Sequence record: EF517116.1 | Reading direction: 5' to 3' (one strand) | Length of the DNA: 555 nucleotides | Source of the DNA: a phage | Shown: piece by piece, positions 1-555 of the stretch | Layout: every line of letters begins with the position of its first letter | Numbering within the stretch: the stretch's first letter is position 1 | Program-made: the position numbers and the translations under genes | The notes under the pieces: generated by a model | What the model was told of the DNA's origin: nothing | Database searches by the model: none | What the model saw: the letters and a program-made list of their open reading frames with translations, nothing else

Positions 1-5
1 TAGAG

Positions 6-20
6 TGCATAAAGTATGCA
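6..20. other. Perfect inverted repeat TGCATA-aag-TATGCA (6-bp stem, 3-nt loop); potential stem-loop in DNA or in the leader RNA; function unknown
   Basis: Read directly: 6-11 TGCATA is the exact reverse complement of 15-20 TATGCA, separated by AAG (12-14). Functional role is not established. Confidence 0.45.
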
Positions 21-97
21 TAATGGTGTATCTAGAGTGACCTCTAAGAATGGTGATTATATTGTATTAGTATCATCTTAACTTAAGGATCAACATA

Positions 98-107
98 AAG
101 GGAGGAG
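98..107 (+). promoter_or_regulatory. Shine-Dalgarno / ribosome-binding site for the ORF starting at 112
   Basis: AAGGGAGGAG at 98-107 contains a GGAGG core (101-105) with a 6-nt spacer (106-111, AGACTC) before the ATG at 112-114. Strong SD with this spacing is typical of T7-group late genes. Confidence 0.8.
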
Positions 108-111
108 ACTC

Positions 112-261
112 ATGTTCCGCTTATTGTTGAACCTACTGCGGCATAGAGTCACCTACCGATTTCTTGTGGTACTTTGTGCTGCTCTTGAGTACGCATCTCT
201 TACTGGAGACCTCAGTTCACTGGAGTTTGTCGTTTGCTCTATACTCACTTGTAGCGATTAA
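112..261 (+). CDS. 19.5: Small protein, homolog of T7 gene 19.5 product (49 aa; function unknown)
   Basis: ATG at 112, TAA at 259-261, 150 nt, preceded by a strong SD. My manual translation: MFRLLLNLLRHRVTYRFLVVLCAALEYASLTGDLSSLEFVVCSILTCSD. Start, length and position (last ORF before the terminal-repeat-proximal repeats) match what I recall of T7 gp19.5. Recognition is from memory, not a search; a few residues may differ from reference T7. Confidence 0.85.
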   Translation: MFRLLLNLLRHRVTYRFLVVLCAALEYASLTGDLSSLEFVVCSILTCSD

Positions 262-343
262 GGTCTTCCTGACCGACTGATGGCTCACCGAGGGATTCAG
301 CGGTATGATTGCATCACACCACTTCATCCCTATAGAGTCAAAT

Positions 344-429
344 CCTAAGGTATACCCATAAAGAGCCTCTAATGGTCTATCCTAAGGTCTATACCTAAAG
401 ATAGGCCATTCTATTAGTGTCACCTAAAG
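344..429. repeat. Array of CCTAAAG-family heptamers and imperfect direct repeats flanking the terminal repeat (T7-type short-repeat array)
   Basis: Heptamers read directly: CCTAAGG 344-350, CATAAAG 357-363, CCTAAGG 381-387, CCTAAAG 394-400, CCTAAAG 423-429. GGTCTAT is repeated exactly 12 bp apart (374-380 and 386-392). 344-363 and 381-400 are identical at 16 of 20 ungapped positions. Additional family members lie outside this span: CATAAAG 8-14 and 94-100, CATAAAA 481-487, CCTAAAG 517-523, CCTAAAA 541-547. T7 is known to carry series of CCTAAAG-like repeats beside its terminal repeat. Confidence 0.7.
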
Positions 430-500
430 AGGGTCTTAGAGAGGGCCTATGGAGTTCCTATAGGGTCCTTTAAAATATACCATAAAAATCTGAGTGATTA

Positions 501-555
501 TCTCACAGTGTACGGACCTAAAGTTCCCCCATAGGGGGTACCTAAAACCCAGTCA
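501..555. repeat. Start of the direct terminal repeat of a T7-like genome (partial; continues past the window end)
   Basis: 501-540 TCTCACAGTGTACGGACCTAAAGTTCCCCCATAGGGGGTA matches, as far as I can recall, the first bases of the T7 genome (its left end, which is also the start of the right-hand copy of the terminal repeat). The second copy is not in the window, so repeat status rests on recognition, not on seeing both copies. Confidence 0.75.
526..538. other. GC-clamp inverted repeat CCCCC-ata-GGGGG inside the terminal repeat; potential hairpin
   Basis: Read directly: CCCCC 526-530, loop ATA 531-533, GGGGG 534-538. Five consecutive G-C pairs with a 3-nt loop, 26 bp inside the inferred terminal-repeat boundary. 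Confidence 0.45.

Noticed and set aside
16-81. Plus-strand ORF ATG 16 to TAA 79-81 (21 codons)
   Set aside because: No Shine-Dalgarno upstream, very short, AT-rich low-complexity translation, overlaps the hairpin and leader; most likely a chance ORF.
217-327. Minus-strand ORF (ATG = plus 325-327, stop = plus 217-219, 36 codons), antisense to the 3' end of gene 19.5
   Set aside because: No SD upstream on the minus strand, and the minus strand is otherwise riddled with stops because of the CTA/TTA-rich repeats; likely spurious.
326-345. Minus-strand sequence GGATTTGACTCTATAGGGAT resembling a T7 promoter core (GACTCACTATAGGGAGA)
   Set aside because: Matches only the CTATAGGGA core and lacks the upstream specificity region at the correct spacing (two bases short); likely a non-functional relic or chance similarity. 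Could be tested by in vitro transcription with T7 RNA polymerase.
280-348. Plus-strand ORF ATG 280 to TAA 346-348 (22 codons, MAHRGIQRYDCITPLHPYRVKS)
   Set aside because: No recognisable ribosome-binding site, ends inside a repeat heptamer, and too short to support without homology evidence.
456-468. Palindrome CCTATAGG (457-464) with flanks TTCCTATAGGGTCC, another partial T7-promoter-like core
   Set aside because: Contains CTATAGGG but no upstream promoter determinants; treated as part of the repeat-rich region, not a promoter.
488-494. ATCTGAG resembling the T7 class II pause/termination (concatemer junction) signal ATCTGTT
   Set aside because: Not an exact match, and in T7 the concatemer-junction signal lies deeper in the terminal repeat, beyond the end of this window.
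344-547. Possible CRISPR array, given the many short repeats
   Set aside because: Repeats are 7 bp, degenerate and irregularly spaced; no 25-40 bp repeat/spacer periodicity. They fit the T7 short terminal-flanking repeats.
1-555. Novel defence or other undescribed multi-gene system
   Set aside because: The window holds a single 49-codon gene plus non-coding terminal architecture of a T7-like phage; nothing in the sequence supports an uncharacterised system.

Overview
This 555-bp window reads as the right end of a T7-like podophage genome (Teseptimavirus-type), + strand left to right. I see no evidence of a novel or undescribed system here; this is a well-studied genome-end architecture. Layout: (i) 1-111, an AT-rich non-coding leader with a perfect 6-bp-stem inverted repeat at 6-20; (ii) 98-107, a strong Shine-Dalgarno (AAGGGAGGAG) feeding a 49-codon ORF at 112-261, which I recognise as the homolog of T7 gene 19.5 (small basic/hydrophobic protein of unknown function); (iii) 262-500, a non-coding stretch dominated by CCTAAAG / CCTAAGG / CATAAAG heptamers and short imperfect direct repeats, matching the short-repeat array that flanks the T7 terminal repeat; (iv) 501-555, the first 55 bp of the terminal repeat (TCTCACAGTGTACGGACCTAAAGTTCCCCCATAGGGGG...), which I recognise from memory as the canonical T7 genome-end sequence. 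The identification rests on sequence recall, not a search. A few positions appear to differ from my recollection of reference T7, so this may be a close relative or variant. The T7 phiOR promoter would lie just upstream of position 1 and the concatemer-junction pause signal further into the terminal repeat; neither is inside the window.
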